DNA of 64,000 bases from Eledone cirrhosa (Eukaryota): assembly GCA_964016885.1 (NCBI GenBank), contig OZ024741.1, positions 223,386,001 through 223,450,000 on the forward strand, written 5' to 3'. Made by a program: the position numbers and the translations under genes. The notes below the pieces were generated by a model. That model had not been told where the DNA came from. It saw only the letters and a list, made by a program, of their open reading frames with translations, and searched no databases. Shown in pieces: positions 47,271 through 58,900 of the stretch. The stretch's first letter is position 1, and every line of letters starts with the position of its first letter.

Positions 47271-48017
47271 CTTCCTTTTTTCTTTCTTTTGCTTTGTCAA
47301 AGGAAACTACACTTCAGATGCTATTGGTATAAATAATGATAATTCTTTCCAACATCTACCGAGGATAAAAAATATATATAGGAGTGGAGTCGATTAAAAT
47401 GACTACAGTATATTACTGGTACTTATTTCATCTGATAATGGAGATATGAAAGATAAAGTTTTAGGCTTACAAATCGAAAGTTGTGTCTTGATGGAAGTAC
47501 ATTCATTTCAATAGCACATTTCCTCTGCTAAACCTTGAATACAAGATATAAGCAATAGTATTGGTTTTACTCAGTGATTTGTTAGCTCACAGTGCTGAGT
47601 TTCCATGTGAGTTTCAGCCATAATAGAAACCCCTGCAATATGGGGCTTTTGTGCCTAGTCAAATCAAACCAATTCTGTCTTATCAGTTCTCTGAAGGGTA
47701 TAAATACTGACTCAGTTTCTCATGTGAAGGTACATTGTCTAATGGTTAGGGTGTTTGGCTCACAATCATAAGATGATAGGTTTGATACCCAGACCAGGTA
47801 ATGTGGTGTGCCATGAAGTGTCATGCTCCACTTCACTTAACAGTACCTGGAGGGTTAGCTCTGCGATGGACTTGTATCCCATCCATGGACGAGTCTTATA
47901 TTCTCTGATGCTTAACACTCATGAACTAGAATAAATTCTGGGTTTCATCAAATCCATGCAAGCATGAAAAATGGACATAAATTGATGACTCTAACTCTAA
48001 TTCATGATGCTACCCAG

Positions 48018-48265
48018 CAACATCAACAACAGGAGCAGCCACTCCTCAATATTTGCACAAAGGCTGTTCACATTTACCACTTCCTCAAAATACCTCAAGA
48101 GATCAACTATCATCATTATCATCTACTGCTACTACTACTACCACTTCTACCACCCCGATTAGTGATGAACCACTCCACTCTTCATCTCCCTCACAATCCA
48201 AATGCATACCTCACAGATCCATGGAACTTTTGCCAAATATACACAGTGCCTACCTACAACAGTAA
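48018..48265 (+). other. Possible Ser/Thr-rich terminal coding exon
   Basis: CCCAG| acceptor with upstream CTAAC; open frame ATSTTGAATPQYLHKGCSHLPLPQ...SAYLQQ*. No recognisable domain. Confidence 0.25.
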
Positions 48266-48310
48266 CAATAACAACAGTTCCAAAGTTTCTCTGTTAAAGG
48301 CAATGAGATT

Positions 48311-49602
48311 GTCTAGTATGAATCAGTACAAGGTTGTGGTTGATCTCAGTCTAGTATGAATCAGTACAAGGTTGTGGTTGATCTCAGTCTAGTATGAATC
48401 AGTACAAGGTTGTGGTTAATCTCAGTCTAGTATGAATCAGTACAAGGTTGTGGTTGATCTCAGTCTAGTATGAATCAGTACAAGGTTGTGGTTAATCTCA
48501 GTCTAGTATGAATCAGTACAAGGTTGTGGTTAATCTCAGTCTAGTATGAATCAGTACAAGGTTGTGGTTGATCTCAGTCTAGTATGAATCAGTACAAGGT
48601 TGTGGTTAATCTCAGTCTAGTATGAATCAGTACAAGGTTGTGGTTGATCTCAGTCTAGTATGAATCAGTACAAGGTTGTGGTTAATCTCAGTCTAGTATG
48701 AATCAGTACAAGGTTGTGGTTGATCTCAGTCTAGTATGAATCAGTACAAGGTTGTGGTTAATCTCAGTCTAGTATGAATCAGTACAAGGTTGTGGTTAAT
48801 CTCAGTCTAGTATGAATCAGTACAAGGTTGTGGTTGATCTCAGTCTAGTATGAATCAGTACAAGGTTGTGGTTGATCTCAGTCTAGTATGAATCAGTACA
48901 AGGTTGTGGTTGATCTCAGTCTAGTATGAATCAGTACAAGGTTGTGGTTGATCTCAGTCTAGTATGAATCAGTACAAGGTTGTGGTTAATCTCAGTCTAG
49001 TATGAATCAGTACAAGGTTGTGGTTGATCTCAGTCTAGTATGAATCAATACAAGGTTGTGGTTAATCTCAGTCTAGTATGAATCAGTACAAGGTTGTGGT
49101 TAATCTCAGTCTAGTATGAATCAGTACAAGGTTGTGGTTGATCTCAGTCTAGTATGAATCAGTACAAGGTTGTGGTTGATCTCAGTCTAGTATGAATCAG
49201 TACAAGGTTGTGGTTGATCTCAGTCTAGTATGAATCAGTACAAGGTTGTGGTTGATCTCAGTCTAGTATGAATCAGTACAAGGTTGTGGTTGATCTCAGT
49301 CTAGTATGAATCAGTACAAGGTTGTGGTTGATCTCAGTCTAGTATGAATCAGTACAAGGTTGTGGTTGATCTCAGTCTAGTATGAATCAGTACAAGGTTG
49401 TGGTTGATCTCAGTCTAGTATGAATCAGTACAAGGTTGTGGTTGATCTCAGTCTAGTATGAATCAGTACAAGGTTGTGGTTGATCTCAGTCTAGTATGAA
49501 TCAGTACAAGGTTGTGGTTGATCTCAGTCTAGTATGAATCAGTACAAGGTTGTGGTTGATCTCAGTCTAGTATGAATCAGTACAAGGTTGTGGTTGATCT
49601 CA
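48311..49602. repeat. 38-bp minisatellite, 34 copies
   Basis: Unit GTCTAGTATGAATCAGTACAAGGTTGTGGTT(G/A)ATCTCA; 1292 bp = 34 x 38. Confidence 0.97.
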
Positions 49603-49994
49603 CAAGGACTGTTTTTACTTTATCATATGTATTATATTCATGTTTAATTAAGACGAGCACTAACATTGTGTGATTCATAATAGTTGTGTATATGAAAGCA
49701 TATACTATATGTTTATGTATAACAAACATATGTCTCACTATGAGAGTTAGCCATATGAGAACACCAGGCACCAGTGTTTAAGGATTTTTTAATCATTAAT
49801 GATGGTCACTCATTCAATACTGAGGATAAAATAAGCTATAGCTTATATACTTCTTTCTTATAAAACATCTGTTGGGAACTTCATTTTTATATATAAGTGA
49901 GTAATTAACCCCCTTGCTTGTTGTAATTTGACAGTTTAGCTAGCCATTTGACATTATGATAAAATCCTTTGTCTTTATTCTTGCTTCAGTGTTT

Positions 49995-50180
49995 TGGGGA
50001 GTATCGGTAGAACGTCAGACACCATGCTTTGCAGCATAGAGTCATGGCCCTTTACGTTCTGAGTTCAAATCCTGTTGAGGTTAACTTTGCCTTTCATCTT
50101 TATGGGATTGATAAAATAAAGCACCAGTAATGCACTGGGGTAATTGCTGGCCTTGTGCCAAAAGTAGAAACAATTATTTC
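49995..50180 (+). mobile_element. tRNA-derived SINE (further copies 21410-21520, 53840-54030, 59650-59908, 63240-63460 on +; 60845-61190, 61960-62190 on -)
   Basis: Same A/B box, core and tail as 3040-3213. Confidence 0.85.
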
Positions 50181-50738
50181 AAATCAGCTTAAATAGGATG
50201 TTTTGTGGAGGTTATGTAAAATACATTTTTACATTTGAATATTGTTGGGACAAACATTTTTTTAGCTACAGTTAGAGGTACTTCTTGCCATTAACCTCTC
50301 ACCAATGAAATAGGTCTTGTATTATTCCCCTACGAAACAAATTATGTCAGGCTGTGTCATGAGATTTGACTAGCAACCAAAACAATGCTTTATTGAGGCC
50401 ATAGTCACTCAAAATGCTAGAAATAGCAGCTGAACCTTCTTCAAATCATCTCATTAAAAAAGCACATGCTGGATAATACAGTTCAAGATAAGCCATATCT
50501 GAAAAGAAGACATATGACTGTAGCCAAAATTTTGAAAAGAAGACATGACTTTGTGCCAAAATTAGAAACAATTATTTCCTGCTGAATCTCCTTGAAAACT
50601 ACAATAAGGGTGCACGTGTTTGTGGAATATTCAGCCAATTACACATTAATGTCACGACCAGGCAATTATATTGATTTAATTGAGTAAAGCACTCGTTAGA
50701 ATCAACAGAGGATGCACACACACATGCACAAACACACA

Positions 50739-51148
50739 TTTAAACATTTAGCATTTACATTATTCTGTATTTACTATTGTATTTTCATGGTAAACACTTT
50801 ATCTTACCTAATTATCTCACATAATATTGAATCTGTGAGATTTTGATATTGTTTATTTTTAGAACAATACCTTAACATAAGTATGAGTGGCTGGTTACAG
50901 CCGGTTTGAACAGAAAGAGGTGAGAGAATTCTAGCTGGATACAGCTGGTTTAAATGCTAAAGGGTTAAATTAAAATCTTCCAACATACTCTATATTTACT
51001 ATTGTATTTTCATGGTAAACACTTTATCTCACATAATATTGAATAATACCTTAACATCAGTATGAGTGGCTGGTTACAACCGGTTTGAACAGAAAGAGGT
51101 GACAGAATTCTGGCCAGATACGGTTGGTTTAAATGCTAAAGGGTTAAA
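50739..51148. mobile_element. piggyBac-like MITE with tandem partial duplication
   Basis: Ends ...AATGCTAAAGGG|TTAA twice (50968, 51148); degenerate left end TTAAACATTTAGCATT; internal block duplicated. Confidence 0.55.
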
Positions 51149-51649
51149 CTTCTATATATAAATTTCTGCGATTCTGTCACAACACATAAAGAGAGTAGTT
51201 TGACTACCTCATACTACTCCTCTCTCTTTACATTTATTGCCTGCATGAATATATGCGTATGTAAAAGGAAGGAAGGAAGGGGATGGTGAAAAAATTACGC
51301 TGTGTGTTTGTATTTTTGTAAGTGTGACTGTGTTTGCACGTTTATATTTATATACTCATACATATAAATGCATGCATATGCACATGCACATACGCGTCAG
51401 CGTATGGAAAAAAATTCTAGTATTAGTAAAAACTCCCTCACCAACAGGATACAACCACTAGCTTACTGGCACATTATCGTTTCTTTTCCCTGCCATTTCA
51501 ACTAATGCCGTAATAGTTTCCACCTGCTTAAATTATCAATCTGTATACTACTTCAACTCATACTCACCTCAGTTGAATCACCCATCTCTTCTCATCTCAC
51601 AGTCCATATTATGTCTAACTTCTTAAATCCTGAAACTTTCCTAATCATT

Positions 51650-52440
51650 CTAATATTGGTGTCATGATAAAATGCACCTAGTGCACACTTTAAGATGATA
51701 GTGCTAGTATCTCAATAAAATGCAGCCAGTCCACTCTGTAAAGTGATAATGTTAACGCCACAATTGCACCCACCAGTCCAATCTGTAAAGTTGTTGTGTT
51801 GGTGCTACACTAAACCTCACAATTGATAGTGCCAATTCCACAAAAAGGAAACCAGTACACTCTGTAAAGAGTTGTTGATAGGAAGGGCATCCAGCTATAG
51901 AAAAACTGCTAAACAAAGGGTCGGCAGGACTCTTCAGCTGTGCCAAAGACTTGACAAGTTATAAGATACGCTCGATAGCGCGCATAAATATATGAGATGT
52001 GGGCCCAGGTCCAATTGAGAATTCAATAGATCCACTTGAATACTAACTTGGTCTGTGAAGACCCATTCAGCCTTTGCTAGCAGGGAAGATGGAAGTTAAA
52101 TGATGATGATGATCATCATCATCATCATCACCATTTTACGTCAATGTTTCCACACTAGCATGGGTTAGACGGGTTGTCTTGTTGTGGGTAATGCCAGGTC
52201 AAGTGACCATGCCTTGCTCATACAAGACTGATTTTGGCTCAGTTTCTACAGTTGGATGCCCTTCCTAACACCAACCTCATTTACAGTGAGTACTGGCTGC
52301 TTTTTTACCGTGGCACCTACACGACCACTTTTCAGTGTGGACTGGGTACTTTTTGACGTGACACCTACACGATTACTTTACAGTGGGAGGGGCGTGGGGG
52401 CATATTGTCTATGTGCTTCAGCTTCAGCTTGTACCCGTGA
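51650..52440. mobile_element. Two RTE-tailed SINE-like elements joined tail-to-tail (+ 51650-52112; - 52113-52440)
   Basis: (GAT)n|(CAT)n junction at ~52112; the minus copy matches 55425-55745. Confidence 0.7.
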
Positions 52441-52849
52441 TATACAAATATATATATATACACATATTTATATTGTTGTCATCGTTTTTACATCCACTTT
52501 CCATAGTTGGACGGTTTGTCGTGGTCTGAGACCAGACAGAATGGGTGCATGTAGATCACCAGGCGGGTTGTCATGTCTTCAACAAAACTGAAGAAACCTT
52601 CCAACCTTTTCTTTGGCTAGCTTTCTTGGCTGGATGTCCTTCCTATCACCAACTACTTTATATATACTATAAAGTGGTCGTGTAGGTGACACAACAAAAA
52701 GTGCCCAACCCACACTGTATAGTGGTCATATAGGTGACATGACAAAAAATAGTGGGTATGATATTTTAAACCTGCCAAGGATTTGCAAGCAAGTCCACAG
52801 ATTGTGCAAAGGTGAGGTTTACTGGATAACGTTGCTGGTGTGTTTGATA

Positions 52850-53362
52850 ATGCTTTTCTCCTCCCTTTTGCTTATTGTAGCCTATAGATACAACCAAACT
52901 CAAAGTTCCTAATCCCATTATGATACTGACCTCCAGTTTTTCTGCTGCAAGGTATATTGATTGCTGAAAGATTACTCTTCAGTTTGTCTTTGTACCTGAG
53001 CCATGGCCGTACAACATTTCTATATCCACTCTCAATCTGGCTGTACATGAGGACTTTTGGTATACTTTTGTCATCATTTTGATGACATGACCAGCCTAGC
53101 GTTGATGTGATTTTATACGAAATGTTTCAATGCCTCCAATTTTGCACTTAGTGAAGAGATCAATGTTAGATATTAATTCTTCGATTGTGTACCCACAGAT
53201 TACCCGAAGCCAACATTTATGAAAGATGTCTAGTTGGTTGATGTGTGACCTATATGGCTTGCGTCATTCTGATCCATATAAGAGTGTGGTCAGTACAATA
53301 GCTTTATAAGGCTGCATCTTGGTGTCCAGTTTTATTCCCCTCTCATTCCAAAGATAATATGT
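52850..53362 (-). mobile_element. RTE (BovB-like) LINE fragment
   Basis: LWNERGIKLDTKMQPYKAIVLTTLLYGSE...HINQLDIFHKCWLRVICG...AGHVIKM. Confidence 0.8.
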
Positions 53363-53537
53363 AAGTATGTATATATGTATGTATTAGTGCTATTGTTTGA
53401 TGAACCTTCAACAGGTGTAGAGAACTCATTATTAGTGAAAGAGTTTGATGTGATCTTATATCATACTTAATAATTTTGTTTCCTAATTAAGGTTTATGCA
53501 AATAGATTGAGAATTCACTCATATATATATATACACA

Positions 53538-53742
53538 TAATTATGTAATAAACAACATAAGGCAATTATTTCATTTACCAGTGGTTTCTTGAAAGCAAAC
53601 AAATTTTGCTTTCAATCATCATTGATTGAAACCACTGGTAATTGAAATAATTGCCTTATGTTGTTTATTACATAACTATTAAGCTCTGTAACCTACATAG
53701 AGCACTCTTTTTTCCTGGACCTTTCCAACGGAATTACTTCAC
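53538..53742. mobile_element. Penelope-like tail with inverted duplication and disrupted hammerhead motif
   Basis: Inverted arms 53538-53588 / 53628-53678. Minus strand: TTTCAAT-C(aa)TGATGA-11-bp stem II-GAAA-CCACTGG-TA-AATGAAA. Confidence 0.6.
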
Positions 53743-54040
53743 ATATATATATACATATACAAATAAAAGGCAGAGTTAGATACTCATATTAATACCCTGT
53801 AATTAACAAGCTCAAAGTATAAATACTGAGCATTATATAAGGGCGGTGAATTGGCAGTATTAGTAGAGGGTTGGACGCCATGCTTTCTAGCATAGTTACG
53901 TCCCTTTACAATCTGAGTTCAAATCGCGGTGAGGTTAACTTTGCCTTTCATCCTTACGGGGGTCGATAAAATAAAGTACCAGTAATGTACTGGATAATTG
54001 CTGGCCTTGTGCCAAAAGTAGAAACAATTATATAATATAT

Positions 54041-57000
54041 CATCATCATCATCATCATTTTACATCCGCTCTTCCCTGCTTGCAAGGGTGGGATGGGTCT
54101 TATTCAGCACAGCATCTCTCCACTTGTCACGCTCCTTCGTCATCTCCACCGTGATCTTCAGCAATCTGAGGTCTGTTCTCACCACCTCCGCCCATGTTTT
54201 TTGTTGTCTACCTCTACCACGTCTTCCCTCAACTGGTACTTCATCACCCATCGGTCATCCTCCATGCGCATCACATGTCCATACCACCGCAGTCTCCTCT
54301 CCCGCACACTACTTTCTATCCCTCTCAGACACAGTTTCTCTCTCAACACATTCATGCTGGGTCATTCACGCACATTGACATTGTACATCCAATTGTCTCA
54401 TTTCTCTCCAGCCGTCACATATCCTCTGCAGTTGCTGCCCATGTCTCACTACCATGCAGCATCGCGCTCCTCAAACAAGCATCATATAACCGGCCTTTCG
54501 TACGCAGGGAGAAACCCTTTTTCGTCAGCAGAGGAAGCAGCTCCCTAAACTTCTTCCAACCCGTCCTTATTCTATATACTATGGCCTCGAAACATCCCCC
54601 CCCCCCTCCATGTTAATTTGATCTCTTAGGTACCGGAAGCTATCCACCACATCTATAGCGCCCTCCTGCATTTGAAAAATGTGTCTATCAATGTGACTTC
54701 TACTGTCTAATTTCCCTGTACATCTACTGCATACGTATTTTTCCCTACCTGTTAGTTTGCCTGCTATCCCACTACATCTCTTGTGTACCCAGGATCTGCA
54801 TTGTGTGCATTTTATAGAATTTATGCCAGTTCCTTTTCTGCATATCGAACATGACCATTTCCCTGACGGAATCAGAGTTTTGTCCTCTTTTCTACTCAAC
54901 ACTTTTGTTTTAGCTATGTTCACTCTCAGTCCTCTTGCTTCCAACTGCTGTTTCCATAGCCAGAATTTATTCTCTAGCTCCTCTACTGATTCTACTATAA
55001 GAACCAGATCGTCAGCATAGAGAAGTTCCCATGGACAGCCAGTCTTAAACTCCTCTGTTATGGCTTGGAGGACTATAATGAACAAGAGCGGGCTGAGGAC
55101 CGAAACCTGATGTACTCCTACTTGTATCTGGAATTCCTCACTAAACTCCATTCCTACCCTGACTTTACTGACAGCACATCTGTATAAAGTTTGCATTGTC
55201 CTCACAAGCCATTCCTCAACACCTAGTTTCCTTAGGGACCACCAGATGATAGTTCGGGGTACCCTATCAAAGGCCTTCTCTAGGTCAACAAAGGCTAAGT
55301 ATAGTGACTTATTCTTCTCTAAGAACCTCTCTTGTAATTGTCTCACCAAGAAGAAGGCATCTGTTGTACTTTTCCCAAGCACAAAACTCAACTACATCTC
55401 ATCTAGTTTGACCCTTTCTCTAATTCATCATCATCATCATCATCACCGTTTTACGTCCGTTCTTCCACGCAAGCATGGGTTAGACGGGTTGTCCTGTTGT
55501 GGGTAGTGTCTGGTCGGCTGACCATGCCTTGCTCATACAGGAACTGATTTGGCTTGATTTCTACAGCTGGATGCCCTTCCTAACACCAACCTCATTTACA
55601 GTGAGTGCTGGGTGCTTTTTCGTGGCACCTACACGTCCACTTTACAGTGTGGGCTGGGTGCTTTTTTGCCGTGGCACCTCCACGACCACCTTGCGGTGGG
55701 GGATGTGGGGGCATATTGTCTATATGCTTCAGCTTGTACCCATGGGAGGTCGGGTACTCTGTATTACTGCGTGACGCCAGAAGTCACGGTCGTGTGTCAT
55801 TGTCACTGAGAGGTGTAATTGGGTAAGGTCGTCTTTTATCACCTCATCCCAGGTCATCTTGGGTCTCCCCACTCCGCGGTTTCCATCAACTTCTAGTGCT
55901 CTGCACCTTTTTATGCAGCTGTCATCCTTCATACGCATCACATGTCCATACCAGCGCAACCGCCTCTCCTGCACACAGCATTTGATTCCTCTTATGCTCA
56001 GTGTCTCTCTCAATTCATTTATGCTAATATCCTTTCTGCCACTTTCAGAACCTGATCCATCAGTTTTATACCCCTATAATTGCTCCTCTCCAGAGCATCC
56101 TCTTTACCTTTGTAGCAATTTATGAGAATACTCCTGCACCAGTCTTTGGGTATGGCACCACCATATATAGCCTGATTGATGATGCGTGCAACCAATTTAG
56201 TGCCTACGTCCCCCAATGCCTTCAGCATCTCAGCAACTATCCCCGACGGTCCAGCAGCCTTACCATTTTTCATTTCCTTAATCGCCTCTTGGACCCTATA
56301 TTCATCAATCTCAATAGCTGATCCCTCTGTCAGATCTACTGAGAGTAATTTCTCTCTCTCCCATTCGTTCTCCATATTCATCATTCATGACACTAAGTAC
56401 ACCGGCATCATTCCGGACACATTTATCTCCAACAACATCCTGATTTGCATTGACATACTCCTTGCAATGTGGAACACTGCACGCCTCTGATCTTCCCGTC
56501 GCAGAACATTGGCAAACCTCCTACTCTCAGCCTCCCTACGTGCTAAGTACACCTGATGTCTAGCTTCTCTCTTAGCAGCTGTATATCCCTCTCTACTCCC
56601 ACCCTTTTTCCAAGCCTTCCATGCTAGTCTTTTGTCTCTAATGGCCCTATCTACTGTGCTGTTCCATCACCAGGTCACTCTCTGTCTGTTTGGAGCTCTG
56701 CTCCAGCCACAAGTTTCATCAGTAGCCTGCAGTAAATTGTCACGTAAGAAATTCCAGTTATCAATGTCATACGACTCTAAATCGTCTTCTTTTTCATCGT
56801 ACACATCTTGAAGGGCTTTCCTAAATTTGTATTCGAGTGAAAGGTCTTTTAGCTTCCAGACCTTTCTTCTCCACACCTTTCTGTATGTCTCATTCCATCT
56901 CTTGCTTACTGAGATATACCTTACTAACGACTAACCTATGCTGTGAGGTACATTCTTCCTCAGGGTATGCCTTGGTATTTGACACCATCTGCCTGACCCG

Positions 57001-57660
57001 CTGCCTTACTAGCAAGAAGTCAATCTGGCTTATGTGCTCGCCTGATTTGTAGGTTATTAGGTGGTTGGCAGGTGTCTGGAAGTTAGTGTTGCAAATAGTC
57101 AGTGTACTTGCATCACAAAATTCAAAAAGTTTCGCTCCTTCTTCATTTCTTGAACCGTAACCATGCCCACCATGTACCCCAGTGTAACCATCCTGGAGCT
57201 GTCCAACATGACCATTGAAGTCCCCTGCTAGCATAACGATGTCTCCGTCCTCTGTCTTTGCGGCTGTTTGTAAAAGTTGCTCGTAAAAGCAGTCTTTCTC
57301 TTCTTTGCCTAGGCCTGCTTGGGGAGCATAGGCAGAGATGATTGTCAGTAGCCTCCTGCCTACAACTAATCTAAGCTTAATTATTCGTTTATTAACTCGA
57401 ACTACCTCTGTCTTATTGATCCATCTCACAGCCAGGAAAATGCCTACTCCCCCTAACCCATCATCCTTACCTACCCAGAAAAGCTTATAGCTAAGATGTT
57501 TGCCTGAACTAGTCTCGCAGAGGCACCGCTCCATCTCACCTCTTGCATGCAGCACACATCCACATGCCTTCTCTCCAGCATCTCCGCTATTTCACCAGAT
57601 CTACCTGTGAGAGTGCCGACATTAAGTGTTGCAACTCTGAGATGCGACGTCTTCATATTT
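54041..57660 (-). pseudogene. Near full-length RTE LINE (APE + RT), degenerate, with nested insertion
   Basis: VATLNVGTL, CMQEVRW, SAYAPQ, AGDFNGH, QIDFLL; DLEKAFDRVP, LLYADDL; RRGRGRQQKTW; (GAT)n tail at 54041-54058. Confidence 0.93.
55425..56028 (-). mobile_element. 5'-truncated RTE with SINE-like 3'UTR nested in the RTE
   Basis: RRLRWYGHVMRM..GRPKMTWDE, then a GGAAGGGCATCCAGC-containing UTR and (GAT)n tail. The host reading KVAERILA|IRERVKLDEM is split around it. Confidence 0.8.
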
Positions 57661-57665
57661 TTGTT

Positions 57666-58165
57666 CATCATCATCATCATCAGCATCGTTTAACGCTCGC
57701 ATGGGTTTGGACGGGAGTTTTCCCACTTGAGGCAAGAGTGGTTGTCTTGCTCGCATAGGACTGTCTGGCGGGTTTTCTACGGCTGGATGCCCTTCCTAAC
57801 ACCACCCACATTTACAGTGTGGAACTGGGAGGTTTTTACCGTGTTACCTACACGGCCACATTACAGCGTGGACTGTGTGTTTTTTTTGTCGTGACACCTA
57901 CACGACCTCATTTGTTTTGGGCTGGATGTTGTGGTACCAACATAACTTTACATTGAAAGGGGTGGTGTGGATGGGGTGGGGGTAGTGGGACGGGGGTGTA
58001 TTTTGTTAGAGGTGCCTACTGACTGTAGTAGGTAAGGCGGGTCTTCTCTATTACTGTGTAGCGCCAAAGATCTCGGTCCAGTGACATTGTCTTGGAGAGG
58101 TGTAAGTGTGTGAGGTCGGAATTTATCAAGTCGTCCCAGGTTTTTCTGGGTCTGCCTAGTCCGTG
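57666..58165 (-). mobile_element. 5'-truncated RTE 3' end with SINE-like UTR
   Basis: GLGRPRKTWDDLINSDL..DRDLWR; same UTR and tail as 55425. Confidence 0.75.
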
Positions 58166-58553
58166 GCTACCGTCTATTTTTACCGTCTATTATTTTGTTG
58201 TTCCTATATATTTGTTGCTGTGCTCATAATTGTTTTGGCATTGATACACTGGTTGGATGCCCTTCCTAACACCAGTGCCTCTTTACGGCATGGACTGGGT
58301 GCGTTTATTCATGCCACCAGCACTAGAGAGGATGTCTTACTGGACTCATGGGCCCTCTCTACCCCTCCATTTTACAGCATGGTCATAACAAAAAAAAACA
58401 AAAAAACACCACTTATTGACACTCACGGCACACACACACACTCACTCACACACAAACACATACACATACATATATTACCGTCAGTACTGATACAAGATCA
58501 TTTCAACTGTTGACTTTTACAGTTCAGTATTTTTTATAATAATAATAATTGTT

Positions 58554-58670
58554 TGCTTTACAGCATAGATCAACGGCCCTCCACGCTCCGGGCCCAAAAC
58601 AAGGCACCAGCAAAGCGCTGGGACAATCGCTGCCCCGTGCCAAGAACAGAATAGTTATTACTATTATTAT
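58554..58670 (+). mobile_element. Internally deleted SINE copy, heavily T>C/A>G mutated
   Basis: Aligns by eye to the SINE family at 50021-50180. Confidence 0.65.
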
Positions 58671-58704
58671 AGTTGTTTTCTTCTTCTTAAGGCCTGATTG
58701 CTGG

Positions 58705-58900
58705 TGATGGTGGTGGTGGATGGCGTCTGTGATGGTGATGGCAGTTGTTGTTGTTGCTGTCGTTGTTGCTGCCGTTGTTGTTCATTTCACTGATGCTGCT
58801 GCTGCAGACAATGGTGTTGTTGCTGTTGTTGTTGTTGCAGTTGCTGTTGTTGTTGTAGTTGCTGTTGTTGTTGTAGTTGCTGTTGTTGTTGCTGTGTTGA
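58705..58900. repeat. Mixed (TTG/CTG/GTG)n trinucleotide tract
   Basis: Direct inspection. Confidence 0.85.

Noticed and set aside
48311-49602. CRISPR-like regular repeat
   Set aside because: Contiguous identical units with no spacers, no cas genes, eukaryotic context.
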